A DNA stretch of 64,000 nt from assembly GCA_903866625.1 (NCBI GenBank), contig CAIPOI010000002.1, forward strand, positions 37,063 to 101,062, written 5' to 3'. The DNA is from an uncultured archaeon. GTDB taxonomy: Archaea > Nanobdellota > Nanobdellia > Pacearchaeales > GW2011-AR1. This document shows positions 48,621 to 57,222 of this stretch, piece by piece. The notes under the pieces were generated by a model, which worked only from the letters and a program-made list of their open reading frames with translations, was not told the origin of the DNA and made no database searches. Positions within the stretch are counted from its first letter, which is position 1. Each line of letters begins with the position of its first letter. The translations under genes were made by a program, and so were the position numbers.

Positions 48621-49754
48621 TTAAACAATTCTTTCAAGTGCTCTTCTACCTTTCCAAACACACGAGCCAGAGCAATGCATACCCTGCATACATTTTGGAT
48701 TTATCCAAGCATTTACTCTAGGAACTTCTTGTGCATATTTTCTAGCTGTTTGAAGTGTGTTAACCATTATCTCTTGTTGTGCATGTCCGCATAATCTTAA
48801 AATACATTTACTTCTAAAATCTTCAAGCAGTCCTCTTTCTCTTACTCTTACTAGCTGTGCTTGAGGATAATCGCTTTTTGCGACTTTTCCTAAATCAGTA
48901 ATCCATGCTTCATTTAATCCATTAGCTCTAACTATTGGCGGAACGAAAAAGGCCTTAAATGCTGCATCTCGTGGAACTGCCATATTATAAGCAATTGTTC
49001 TATGTCTTTGTGCTTGTGCTAATCCAGCAAAACTTAAATTATAACTTGTAGAATATGTGTCGGCAAAATGATCTGGCCACTCTTCTATTTGAAATATGCT
49101 AAGATGCCTATCTGTTTGATTATCTAAGCCTTCAATTTCAAATTCTCCTAACTGTCCTAATAATTCTGGAATTACAGAAGCAACTTTTTTTTCAAAAGGA
49201 TTTCCAAGTTGTGCTTTTTCAGCTTCATATTTTCTAAGTTCTTTCATGAGAAAATTAAGTTGTCTTAGATTTACAGTATGCACCATTTTTGTGGGTGTAA
49301 AAACACTAGTCATATACCTTGCATTTTCTTGCGCTAACTTTTTGATATTTATACTTCTTTGAGAAGCGTCAGCCATTGTTGGATAAACTTCAGCTATGCG
49401 TGGAGTAAGTTTTTCCATCCATTTATCATAAAACTCTTGTTGGTCTGGATGCATATCTCTCATTACAGTATATCTCGCAGATTTTTCAGAACTAGCATAT
49501 TGTCTTTCATTATTCAGCATCATTGCCAGAATTTTTGGAATTCCAGACATGTAAAAGGTTAAATTAATATGCTCAAAAACACTATGATGTCCGCTATCTA
49601 AAGTTCTTTTAACTAGATCACTTTTATCTTCTTCTTGAAGAACCATCTCAAAATCTTTTTCAGTATAGCAAACTCTTCCACATGCTCTTGAGAAAGCCAT
49701 CCACTCTTCTCGGGTTTTCATGCAGTTTGTTATTGCTTTTAGTTGGATATTCAT
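48621..49754 (-). CDS. Divergent, long ThyX-like (flavin-dependent thymidylate synthase family) protein
   Basis: SGHHSVFEH. NERQYASSEKSARY is a degenerate RHRxxSxxxxSxR. A second QAQRHRTIAY is present. At 377 aa it is longer than the ~220-250 aa typical of ThyX. Cys-rich C-terminus. Confidence 0.55.
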   Translation of the reverse strand: MNIQLKAITNCMKTREEWMAFSRACGRVCYTEKDFEMVLQEEDKSDLVKRTLDSGHHSVFEHINLTFYMSGIPKILAMMLNNERQYASSEKSARYTVMRDMHPDQQEFYDKWMEKLTPRIAEVYPTMADASQRSINIKKLAQENARYMTSVFTPTKMVHTVNLRQLNFLMKELRKYEAEKAQLGNPFEKKVASVIPELLGQLGEFEIEGLDNQTDRHLSIFQIEEWPDHFADTYSTSYNLSFAGLAQAQRHRTIAYNMAVPRDAAFKAFFVPPIVRANGLNEAWITDLGKVAKSDYPQAQLVRVRERGLLEDFRSKCILRLCGHAQQEIMVNTLQTARKYAQEVPRVNAWINPKCMQGMHCSGSCVWKGRRALERIV

Positions 49755-50383
49755 TTTAATCTTTTTTCAAGTTCATTTAATATCTGCATATGAACAATAT
49801 CTACTTCTCTCGAAGCATCTATTATAGCAAATCTACTTTCTTTTTTAGCCATTTCTAAATAACCTTCACGTACTCTTTTATGAAATTCTAGTTCTAGTTT
49901 TTCAAAGGTATCTTTCTGGCCCCCCCTGGCAGTAACTCTATTCATGCCTTTCGTAGGATCAATATCTAATAAAAATGTAACGTCGGGATATCTCCCCCCA
50001 ATTGCAAATCTATTTATTACTTCTAATACTTCAATATTCATACCTCTGCCATAACCCTGATAAGCAATTGTTGAATCACAAAATCTATCAGAAATCACCC
50101 AAACACCATTTTCTAATTGTGGTTTAATCACATTATTCACTAGTTGGGCTCTTGAAGAAGCAAACAAAAGAAGCTCTGTTTGAAATGCCAAAGCTTCTTG
50201 TGAAGCCCCATGTTGTAAAATATTTCTAATTGCTTCACCCGTTGGTGTTCCACCTGGTTCGCGAGTATACAAAGTTTTATATCCAAAGGAATCAAGCTTA
50301 GCTATTAATTTTTTGGCTTGAGTTGTTTTTCCACCCCCCTCCGGACCTTCAAATGTAACAAAATACCCTTTTTTATCACCCAT
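49751..50383 (-). CDS. tmk: Thymidylate kinase
   Basis: P-loop FEGPEGGGKTTQ, TREPGGTPTGEAIR and the DRFCDST motif. Confidence 0.85.
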   Translation of the reverse strand: MGDKKGYFVTFEGPEGGGKTTQAKKLIAKLDSFGYKTLYTREPGGTPTGEAIRNILQHGASQEALAFQTELLLFASSRAQLVNNVIKPQLENGVWVISDRFCDSTIAYQGYGRGMNIEVLEVINRFAIGGRYPDVTFLLDIDPTKGMNRVTARGGQKDTFEKLELEFHKRVREGYLEMAKKESRFAIIDASREVDIVHMQILNELEKRLK

Positions 50384-50402
50384 AAATCTTTACCCTTTTC
50401 AG

Positions 50403-50414
50403 GGTTTATAAATA
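50403..50414 (-). promoter_or_regulatory. TATA-like element (minus-strand reading tatttataaacc) for the tmk operon
   Basis: It lies 20-30 nt upstream of the ATG at 50383. The TTTATAAACC form recurs upstream of several minus-strand genes (23222, 44931, 47071, 59751). Confidence 0.4.
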
Positions 50415-50481
50415 ATTATGTAACCAAAAATATAAATTAAAAAGTAATTTTATTATTAAATTAGGGTTTGGGTTTTATCTT

Positions 50482-51081
50482 ATGCCAATAGGATTTGATT
50501 TAGATGAAGTTATAGCACCATTGCTCAGGTACCATTGTTTATACCTAAATCAAAAATATAGCTGTAATATTTCTGAAAAAGATTTTATTACCTATAATTT
50601 TTGGAATCACTACCAAGCCACTCAAGAACAAGCAATCAAGGATTTTTTTGAATTTTGTGAAACAGATTTTTTTCATTCAATTCAGCCATTTAAAGAAGCA
50701 AGACCCGTATTAGAAAGATTATCTAAACTCGAAAAGCTTCATGTTATAACTGCAAGACAAGATTTTTTGCAACCAGTTACCCGAGCATTTGTACATAGAA
50801 ATTTTCCTAGAATATTCAGCAAGATTGATTTTGGGAACTATTTTGGAAAAAAAGGCAGTCATATAACAAAATCTGAACTTTGTGATAGAAATAATATCTA
50901 TCTTTTAGTTGAAGATGACCCCAAACATATACTCCCGGTTTCTAAAGGTATTCCAGTAGTTATGCTAGACAAGCCTTGGAATCAAAATGTTCAACCAAGC
51001 AGAAATATTATCCGAGCCTATAACTGGCAGGATATAGGAGAAATAGTTCAAGAATTCTTAGTTAATCCTAATTTTTTCTAA
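50482..51081 (+). CDS. 5'(3')-deoxyribonucleotidase-like HAD phosphatase
   Basis: N-terminal FDLDEVIAP (DxDxV motif I), HVITAR (motif II-like) and VEDDPKH (motif IV-like). Confidence 0.5.
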   Translation: MPIGFDLDEVIAPLLRYHCLYLNQKYSCNISEKDFITYNFWNHYQATQEQAIKDFFEFCETDFFHSIQPFKEARPVLERLSKLEKLHVITARQDFLQPVTRAFVHRNFPRIFSKIDFGNYFGKKGSHITKSELCDRNNIYLLVEDDPKHILPVSKGIPVVMLDKPWNQNVQPSRNIIRAYNWQDIGEIVQEFLVNPNFF

Positions 51082-51434
51082 GTATTTTCTATTTTAAATC
51101 TACTAATAGCACTACCATAAACTCTAACCATGCCAAGAGGATATCTCGGTTCGCCTTCTCTTCTAGTATCCCAATTTGAGGTCATATCAAAATATAAATC
51201 TTTTATTGAATTAACATAGCCCGAATATTTCATAGAAGGTAATTCTTGAGTTTCTTCAGTTCCAGCTCTTAAAAAAGGACAAGAAGGAATAACACCTGTA
51301 GAACGTATGTGTGTCGGAGATACTAATACTTCTATTTTGCTTCCAATTTTTAATCCTTTTCTTTTTAAGTTTACTATGCGAATTACATCTAAGTCTAGTA
51401 TTGCTTTAGCGGCTTCTCTACTTATTGTCATCAA
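51078..51434 (-). CDS. Hypothetical protein
   Basis: 118-aa ORF. No family recognised. Confidence 0.4.
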   Translation of the reverse strand: MMTISREAAKAILDLDVIRIVNLKRKGLKIGSKIEVLVSPTHIRSTGVIPSCPFLRAGTEETQELPSMKYSGYVNSIKDLYFDMTSNWDTRREGEPRYPLGMVRVYGSAISRFKIENT

Positions 51435-51501
51435 AATTAATAGAAAAATTAATATTTAAACATAATGATACTTAGAAATATATAACGTAACTTATGAAGG
51501 A

Positions 51502-51810
51502 TTAATCCTTCATCTCTATCTTAACATTAACACTTCTTGGAATAGAAAGTCTCATTATTGAATGCAGAACTGCCTCATTAGCAGGCAAATCAATAACTCT
51601 TTTATGAATTCTCATCTCAAAATTATCAAAAGTAGCAGTTCCATTTCCACATGGACTCTTTCTTGTTGTTATCTTAAATCTTTTTGTTGGAAGAGGTATA
51701 GGCCCACTTATATTTACGCCTGACTTTTTAGCCAGTTCTTTTATTGTAGCGCAGATATTGTTAAGTTCGGTAATATCCAAGCTTCCTAATTTTATTCTTA
51801 CCTTTGACAT
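51502..51810 (-). CDS. rps10: Ribosomal protein S10 (uS10)
   Basis: KVRIKLGS...ISGPIPLPTKRFKITTRKSPCGNGTATFDNFEMRIHKRVIDL is a typical uS10 pattern. Confidence 0.85.
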   Translation of the reverse strand: MSKVRIKLGSLDITELNNICATIKELAKKSGVNISGPIPLPTKRFKITTRKSPCGNGTATFDNFEMRIHKRVIDLPANEAVLHSIMRLSIPRSVNVKIEMKD

Positions 51811-51870
51811 AAATACTCTAAAAATAAGGTATTTAAAAAGCTTTTGTAAAAGAGTTTTTTAAGTTCTATC

Positions 51871-51885
51871 CCAAGATTTATATAG
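51871..51885 (+). promoter_or_regulatory. BRE/TATA-like promoter element (ccaagatttatatag)
   Basis: It lies 21 nt upstream of the ATG at 51906. Confidence 0.4.
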
Positions 51886-51905
51886 TTAAGATGTGAATAA
51901 TTCAT

Positions 51906-52619
51906 ATGTCTAAAAAAGGTCAGTTAAGCTTATTTATTGTTGTGGCAATAATTCTGGTTGTTATAATCGTAGCATTTTTTATAATTAATAAGAAAAATAC
52001 GGATAACATTCCAGCTCAGATAGTGCCAGTTTATAATTCTCTTAAAACTTGTATTTCTAACGAAGCAATTAAGGGAATCAATGAAATTAGTCTAAATGGG
52101 GGTTACTATAAATCTTCACCTTATATTTTAAATGACACAGTCATTTATTTTAATGAAGGTAAAAACACCATGCCTTCTAAACAGGATATTGAAAATCAAT
52201 TAAATTTATATCTTAAAGACAATTTTATGAGTTGTAATAACTCTCTTTCAGAATTAAAAGATTACAAGGTTAATGTAAAGGTGTTTAATCCAGATGTAAA
52301 AATATCTCCCGATGTTGTTTATGTTGATGGGAATGCAACCATTCTAGTAACTAAAGGAGAGAATACTTATACAATCAATAAGATAGAAGGCATAAAAATA
52401 AACTCGCCCCTAAGTGTAGTGTATGATTCTGCGAAGAGCATCATTGAAGAAGAACTAGCTGACAGAAACTCAACCTGCATGAGCTGTATATATGATATAG
52501 GATTAAAGAATAATATCACGATCGGATTGATAACTAAAGAAAGACTACACATATTTTTTATAGAGCCTAATTCTAATCAATCTGGAGAATATGTATTTAA
52601 ATTTGGGGGCATAAAATGA
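51906..52619 (+). CDS. Pilin-like protein with class III signal peptide
   Basis: MSKKGQLSLFIVVAIILVVIIVAFF: KGQ followed by a hydrophobic stretch. Paralogous layout to 1..423. Confidence 0.5.
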   Translation: MSKKGQLSLFIVVAIILVVIIVAFFIINKKNTDNIPAQIVPVYNSLKTCISNEAIKGINEISLNGGYYKSSPYILNDTVIYFNEGKNTMPSKQDIENQLNLYLKDNFMSCNNSLSELKDYKVNVKVFNPDVKISPDVVYVDGNATILVTKGENTYTINKIEGIKINSPLSVVYDSAKSIIEEELADRNSTCMSCIYDIGLKNNITIGLITKERLHIFFIEPNSNQSGEYVFKFGGIK

Positions 52620-53791
52620 AAAAATTAACCTTATTACTAGCTTTATTTTTTCTTATTACTAGCTTTATTCAAATAGCTTCTGAAGACTTTAAATCAACTA
52701 TAGATGATAAAACTGGAATAACCACGGTTAGCATAAACAATAATATCGCGGGTGGTTCATTAGCTTCCAGAGAAAATGTGTACTTCCATGTAGATTCTGG
52801 TTCTTTCTTAAAGGTAGATAAAGAAGGCAATATTCTTGAAGCAAATTTAATTACTAACAAAGACTTACAAGGTTCAACTCGCTTTGATTTTGGAGATAAA
52901 AGTGTAGAAGTTTTAGCAGGTAATAATGTAACCTATAAAAATGGCACAATTACTGTAAAAGGTCCAAAAACAGAGGGCGTTAGTAATTATTTTAAGTATT
53001 CTCCAGATAGTGCTAACCCTGAACAATCATTATTAATCAAGGCAGATTCGCGGGGAGAAGATAATACTATTACGATTAATGGAAATAAGATTTCTGGAGA
53101 ATCTTTCTCCATAAAGAAGGGAGATTCTAGAAGTATCTCTTTTTCTGAAGAGAAATATCAAGTAAAGCCAGAAGTAGTAATTTTAGATGAAAATGGAAAT
53201 TACTTAATAAATACTCCTGTTAAGGTTGGACTTTATGACTCTGAGTTTTATTATGCAGGGGATAATATTCAAATTCTTGATAAGTCTTCTTATTCTGGAT
53301 CCTCGCAAGAGGATACATCTAAGTTAATTTATGATTCTAAAAATCTTGGAAACCTAGAGTATATTCAAGGGAGCAAATATAGTGAAGCAACATTTATCAT
53401 ACCTTCAAATAGTCCAATCTTCCCATCTACCCATGAAAATGAAAGGATTACATTAGAGTCAAAAGGTTCTGATTTTAAGATTGATGCAGCTAGTAGGACT
53501 TTATATATGAATTCTCCCAAAGAGTCTGATGTTTCAGGGTTTATAGAGTATCAAAAAGATTTTGATAAGAAAAGATTTCGAATCAATTCTAGGGATGGAT
53601 TAATTTTTGATACTTCTCAAGAAGGCCCCGGCGTATCTGATTTATTCTTTCTTCAGACATATGGGATTCAAGGTTCAATTGTTAGTTCAATACTAGCTTC
53701 TGATAGCACTGTTAAGACAAATATTATGAGTTCTCGCAAGAATTTATATCTTGCAGAGCCTAATATAAACGTTCTATTGGATAAAAAGTAA
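52616..53791 (+). CDS. Secreted hypothetical protein
   Basis: Signal peptide MKKLTLLLALFFLITSFIQIAS. 4-nt overlap with the upstream pilin-like gene. Confidence 0.5.
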   Translation: MKKLTLLLALFFLITSFIQIASEDFKSTIDDKTGITTVSINNNIAGGSLASRENVYFHVDSGSFLKVDKEGNILEANLITNKDLQGSTRFDFGDKSVEVLAGNNVTYKNGTITVKGPKTEGVSNYFKYSPDSANPEQSLLIKADSRGEDNTITINGNKISGESFSIKKGDSRSISFSEEKYQVKPEVVILDENGNYLINTPVKVGLYDSEFYYAGDNIQILDKSSYSGSSQEDTSKLIYDSKNLGNLEYIQGSKYSEATFIIPSNSPIFPSTHENERITLESKGSDFKIDAASRTLYMNSPKESDVSGFIEYQKDFDKKRFRINSRDGLIFDTSQEGPGVSDLFFLQTYGIQGSIVSSILASDSTVKTNIMSSRKNLYLAEPNINVLLDKK

Positions 53792-53846
53792 TCTAAACTC
53801 ATGTCACCCCATGTCAGAACTAATTTAGAATTGTATATTTACTCTT

Positions 53847-54830
53847 TTAATAAGCGGTTGTTCTAGTAAGATGATGTCTTCCAGGAGTTTTTCGAGTTTC
53901 TGACCAAAGCTTATAATCTAAATGAAGAACATTAATCGGTTGCTTTTCTGGAGTTCTAAGTTCATTTATAGTTCTTAATAATCTATCAAAAGCATGAAGC
54001 ATAGCCGCCCTTATTTCTATTTCTTCTCTTGTTTCCTTGGGAATTTCAATTCCATTATCTATTTTTTCAGCTAATTCTGGAGAGTATTCTAGAATACCAA
54101 GACTTCTAAGTCCCTTCGGTAATTCATAATCTGCAAAACCACTCAAATCTTCTATATCTGAAAATAAAACTAAACCTTCTGATAGATATCTCGCATGAAG
54201 TTCAGCAGGTCCAAGTTGAGCCCTTTTATTAAAACATATTTTTCTACCTTCAAAAGTAGTTGAATCCTCAAAAGAAGGAAACTCATTTGCAAGTCTTTCA
54301 ACTAAACCCGAACCATTATCAAATAATCTCCAACGACTTTCTTCAATAACTTTAATGAAACTACCGGAATATCTGTCGCATAATACTCTTCCAGTATCAT
54401 TCCATTGTTTAACTCTTTCTGCCAACATCGGTATTTCACTAGTTCTGCAGAAAATATTCTCCACCTCTTTTTGAGTTGTGTTTTTAAGATAAGTTCCATC
54501 AAGTATTGGAATTTTATCTTGAATAGCTTGCATCATAGCGGCATACATGGCATAAGCACCCCTGTATTCTTGACCATTAAATCCCGCCTTATATTTTTCA
54601 CCAGTAGTGAAGTTAGTAAATGCGAAGTTTATAGTATTAGCTAAGAGAAAAAAAGCAGAAACATCGCTTAGTTTTCCTTTAAGAAAGACCTCAGCATCCC
54701 ATGCTGGAACTATAAAATCTTGTTGAGCAAATTGTTGAGCCGTAGCTTTTATTCTAGTATCATTAATCCTAACGTATTTAGAATTTTCAACTAAAAATCT
54801 TGTAGAATCTAACACCTGATTTTTTCCCAT
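53847..54830 (-). CDS. Queuosine salvage protein family (DUF2419/QNG1-like)
   Basis: FADYELPKGLRSLGILEYSPELAEKI...EEIEIRAAMLHA matches the family pattern ADY.(L/V)P..LR..G.L.YS...E.EIRA. Confidence 0.55.
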   Translation of the reverse strand: MGKNQVLDSTRFLVENSKYVRINDTRIKATAQQFAQQDFIVPAWDAEVFLKGKLSDVSAFFLLANTINFAFTNFTTGEKYKAGFNGQEYRGAYAMYAAMMQAIQDKIPILDGTYLKNTTQKEVENIFCRTSEIPMLAERVKQWNDTGRVLCDRYSGSFIKVIEESRWRLFDNGSGLVERLANEFPSFEDSTTFEGRKICFNKRAQLGPAELHARYLSEGLVLFSDIEDLSGFADYELPKGLRSLGILEYSPELAEKIDNGIEIPKETREEIEIRAAMLHAFDRLLRTINELRTPEKQPINVLHLDYKLWSETRKTPGRHHLTRTTAY

Positions 54831-54931
54831 ATCAATTCTTAAGGAATTTAATTTATAAGCATTTATGATTTAGAACCTATATTTTTATAGAGTATACAAA
54901 CCTTTATAACCTTCTTCTCTTGCTTTAAATC

Positions 54932-55117
54932 ATGGCAGAAAACGAAATGTCAAAAGAAGAGCAAATAGGCTTTCATAAGGGTGCTATTCAAACTCTTGTA
55001 AATGAGAGAAATGAATTAGTTAGAATAGCTAAAGTTGCAGAATCTTTGATTGCAGCTCATATTGAAGAGCTTAAGAAACTTGGAGTAAATATCTCCATGG
55101 AAAGAAAAAAAGAATAA
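54932..55117 (+). CDS. Small helical hypothetical protein
   Basis: 61 aa, coiled-coil-like, preceded by a cctttataacc TATA-like element. Confidence 0.35.
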   Translation: MAENEMSKEEQIGFHKGAIQTLVNERNELVRIAKVAESLIAAHIEELKKLGVNISMERKKE

Positions 55118-55134
55118 AAGATTTTTATCACCTC

Positions 55135-55878
55135 ATGAAAATCAATAAACGATTAATAGCTTTTGTATTAGTTATCTTAGTTCTGGCTTTAATATCTGTT
55201 ATATATCCTTCTTTAAAACACACTGGAAAATCTATAAATATTCAGTATGAAAAAGAAAAAAATACTCTAGTAAGAGTTGTAGATGGAGATACTATTGAAT
55301 TAGAAGATAATAAAGTTGTTAGACTTTTAGGGATAAATACTCCTGAAAAAAATATGCCTTATTCTGAACTTGGAAAGAATTTTCTTCAGCAATTTGTTGG
55401 TAAAACAATCTATACCCAGAGAGATAAAGAAGATACAGACAAATATGGAAGAAAACTAAGATACATCTTTTATGAAGATCGTCTCTTAAACTTAGAAATT
55501 ATTGAAAATGGTTTTGCAAATGCTTATATGACTAAAGGTTTAATTTATGAACAAGAATTTTTAAATGCAGAAAATCAAGCCAGAGATTTTGAATCAGGGA
55601 TTTGGCAGAATTCTGAAGATAGCTGTTCTAATTGTATAACTCTTTCTAATCTTGACTTAAAACGAGATAGTTTTATTTTAACTAATACTTGCAGCTTTGA
55701 TTGCAATCTCTCAGTTTGGTTTGTTAAAGATTCAGGTAGAAATATTATGAATCTCTCAATTATTCCTGCAAAACAAGAAAGATTTTTTCAATCCAAACCC
55801 GGAGTTTGGAATGATGATGGTGATGAATTTTTCTTATTTGATTCAGAAGGAAGATTAGTTCTGTTTGAGAGATACTAG
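55135..55878 (+). CDS. Membrane-anchored staphylococcal-nuclease (SNase/thermonuclease) domain protein with C-terminal lamin-tail-like domain
   Basis: VRVVDGDTIELEDNKVVRLLGINTPEK and RKLRYIF... are SNase motifs. The C-terminal FILTNTCSFDCNLSVWFVKDSGRN is LTD-like. Confidence 0.65.
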   Translation: MKINKRLIAFVLVILVLALISVIYPSLKHTGKSINIQYEKEKNTLVRVVDGDTIELEDNKVVRLLGINTPEKNMPYSELGKNFLQQFVGKTIYTQRDKEDTDKYGRKLRYIFYEDRLLNLEIIENGFANAYMTKGLIYEQEFLNAENQARDFESGIWQNSEDSCSNCITLSNLDLKRDSFILTNTCSFDCNLSVWFVKDSGRNIMNLSIIPAKQERFFQSKPGVWNDDGDEFFLFDSEGRLVLFERY

Positions 55879-56339
55879 TAATCTTCATAATCTCTTTCTA
55901 AATAATACTTTACTGGAATAAGCATACCTATTATAAATGTTAACCAACCAATTCCAGCAGCCACGATAGTGTAAAGATTTCTATCCAATATTTCAAATGT
56001 AAGAAGACTTCCCCAGAATAATAATCCTATTAAGAACAGAACAAACCAAGCAGCTTTATCTTTTTTTCTCGTTATATAAGAAGATAGGTAAATAATCATA
56101 ATACCTATAGAAATAATAAATAATCCCTTTATTATCAAGAGTTTTAAGAATAGGGCACTTATCAAAGGATTATACTTAGAGAATATTTGCCAGATAGAAT
56201 CTATTGAATGAAAATTAGTCTTGATAATAAAATTAAAGAGCGAACTATAAAGTATGCCTAAAATTATGGCATAAATACCATTGATTAAAGTTATTCTAGA
56301 ACCTGTCTTAATATTTTTAACTGTTTGGATTGTTAGCAT
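55875..56339 (-). CDS. Hypothetical membrane protein (4 TM)
   Basis: Four hydrophobic helices. No family recognised. Confidence 0.4.
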   Translation of the reverse strand: MLTIQTVKNIKTGSRITLINGIYAIILGILYSSLFNFIIKTNFHSIDSIWQIFSKYNPLISALFLKLLIIKGLFIISIGIMIIYLSSYITRKKDKAAWFVLFLIGLLFWGSLLTFEILDRNLYTIVAAGIGWLTFIIGMLIPVKYYLERDYEDY

Positions 56340-56441
56340 AGGAAACTAAGTTTTTCCAAGTTTTAAAAGATTTATATTGTTAATAAGTAATATATTTTAG
56401 ATATTAATAATGTTTATATACGAGATTAAAATATAAAAAAT

Positions 56442-56828
56442 ATGGATATTCAAGCTAAAATCAGGATAGGTGCAATCGTTACTACTTTGGCTGCTTTGTT
56501 AACCGTAAGCATTAATTGTGCAAATAACCGCAATGGAGAACGAGAAGAGAGAAGCAAGGCAAATATTGCTCTTGTGGATAGATGTATGGTTCTTGCTTCG
56601 GGAGAAGATGGCGTTCTAAATTTTGAAGAAGGAGTTAAATTAGCAAGGGGTTTGGGTTATAACAAAGCAATCTTAAAAGATGAAAGAATAGTCTTAGAGC
56701 ATTTTTATGATCGTGATCCTGTACTTTACATTGGTTATACTGGTTCGCGAAACAATTTTAGAGACTCAATAACTGTAACTCCTGATTTAATGAATTTATT
56801 TATAAAAAATAGAGACTCTAAGCCTTAG
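56442..56828 (+). CDS. Hypothetical protein with N-terminal hydrophobic anchor/signal
   Basis: IGAIVTTLAALLTVSINCAN may be a lipobox-like Cys. No family recognised. Confidence 0.35.
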   Translation: MDIQAKIRIGAIVTTLAALLTVSINCANNRNGEREERSKANIALVDRCMVLASGEDGVLNFEEGVKLARGLGYNKAILKDERIVLEHFYDRDPVLYIGYTGSRNNFRDSITVTPDLMNLFIKNRDSKP

Positions 56829-57222
56829 ATAAATAATCTTTTATTATTTCTTTAGCATTAAATGCAAACTTGTGCTTTTCTAAATTAGGATTGTTCAAAT
56901 CTATTTTGATAATACTTTTTCCTTCAAGAATCCTTAGTTCGTCCGCATTCAATTCACAATCTATTTTTAAAAACATGAATATATTGTATCCTTCAAATGG
57001 GAAGTTGCCAATAAACTCAAACTCTTTTAAATTATAACCCAACTCTTCTTTAACTTCTCTTACTATTGCTTGCTCAGCAGTTTCGTTATCTTTAATAGCC
57101 CCACCAAAAGTACCCACACAGTCAGGATATTTAATTTCAGAAATATTATCTCTTAATTGAAGCAAAAGATTATTGTTTTTGTCTATCAATAACAGCCCAA
57201 CTTTATCTTTCTCTTTATTCAT
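56818..57222 (-). CDS. NUDIX hydrolase
   Basis: Nudix box GGAIKDNETAEQAIVREVKEELG. Confidence 0.75.
   Translation of the reverse strand: MNKEKDKVGLLLIDKNNNLLLQLRDNISEIKYPDCVGTFGGAIKDNETAEQAIVREVKEELGYNLKEFEFIGNFPFEGYNIFMFLKIDCELNADELRILEGKSIIKIDLNNPNLEKHKFAFNAKEIIKDYLSKA

Noticed and set aside
35504-51434. Whether the bacterial-looking, less AT-biased stretch (OMP-like genes, kinase, pheA/tyrA, ThyX-like, tmk) simply means the contig is a chimeric assembly
   Set aside because: This is not adopted as the main explanation. Archaeal-style TATA elements (TTTATAAACC) and typical archaeal genes (S10, AbrB-PhoU, tRNA context) are interleaved throughout, with no obvious breakpoint. It cannot be excluded without read-level evidence and is listed as a check under the relevant findings.
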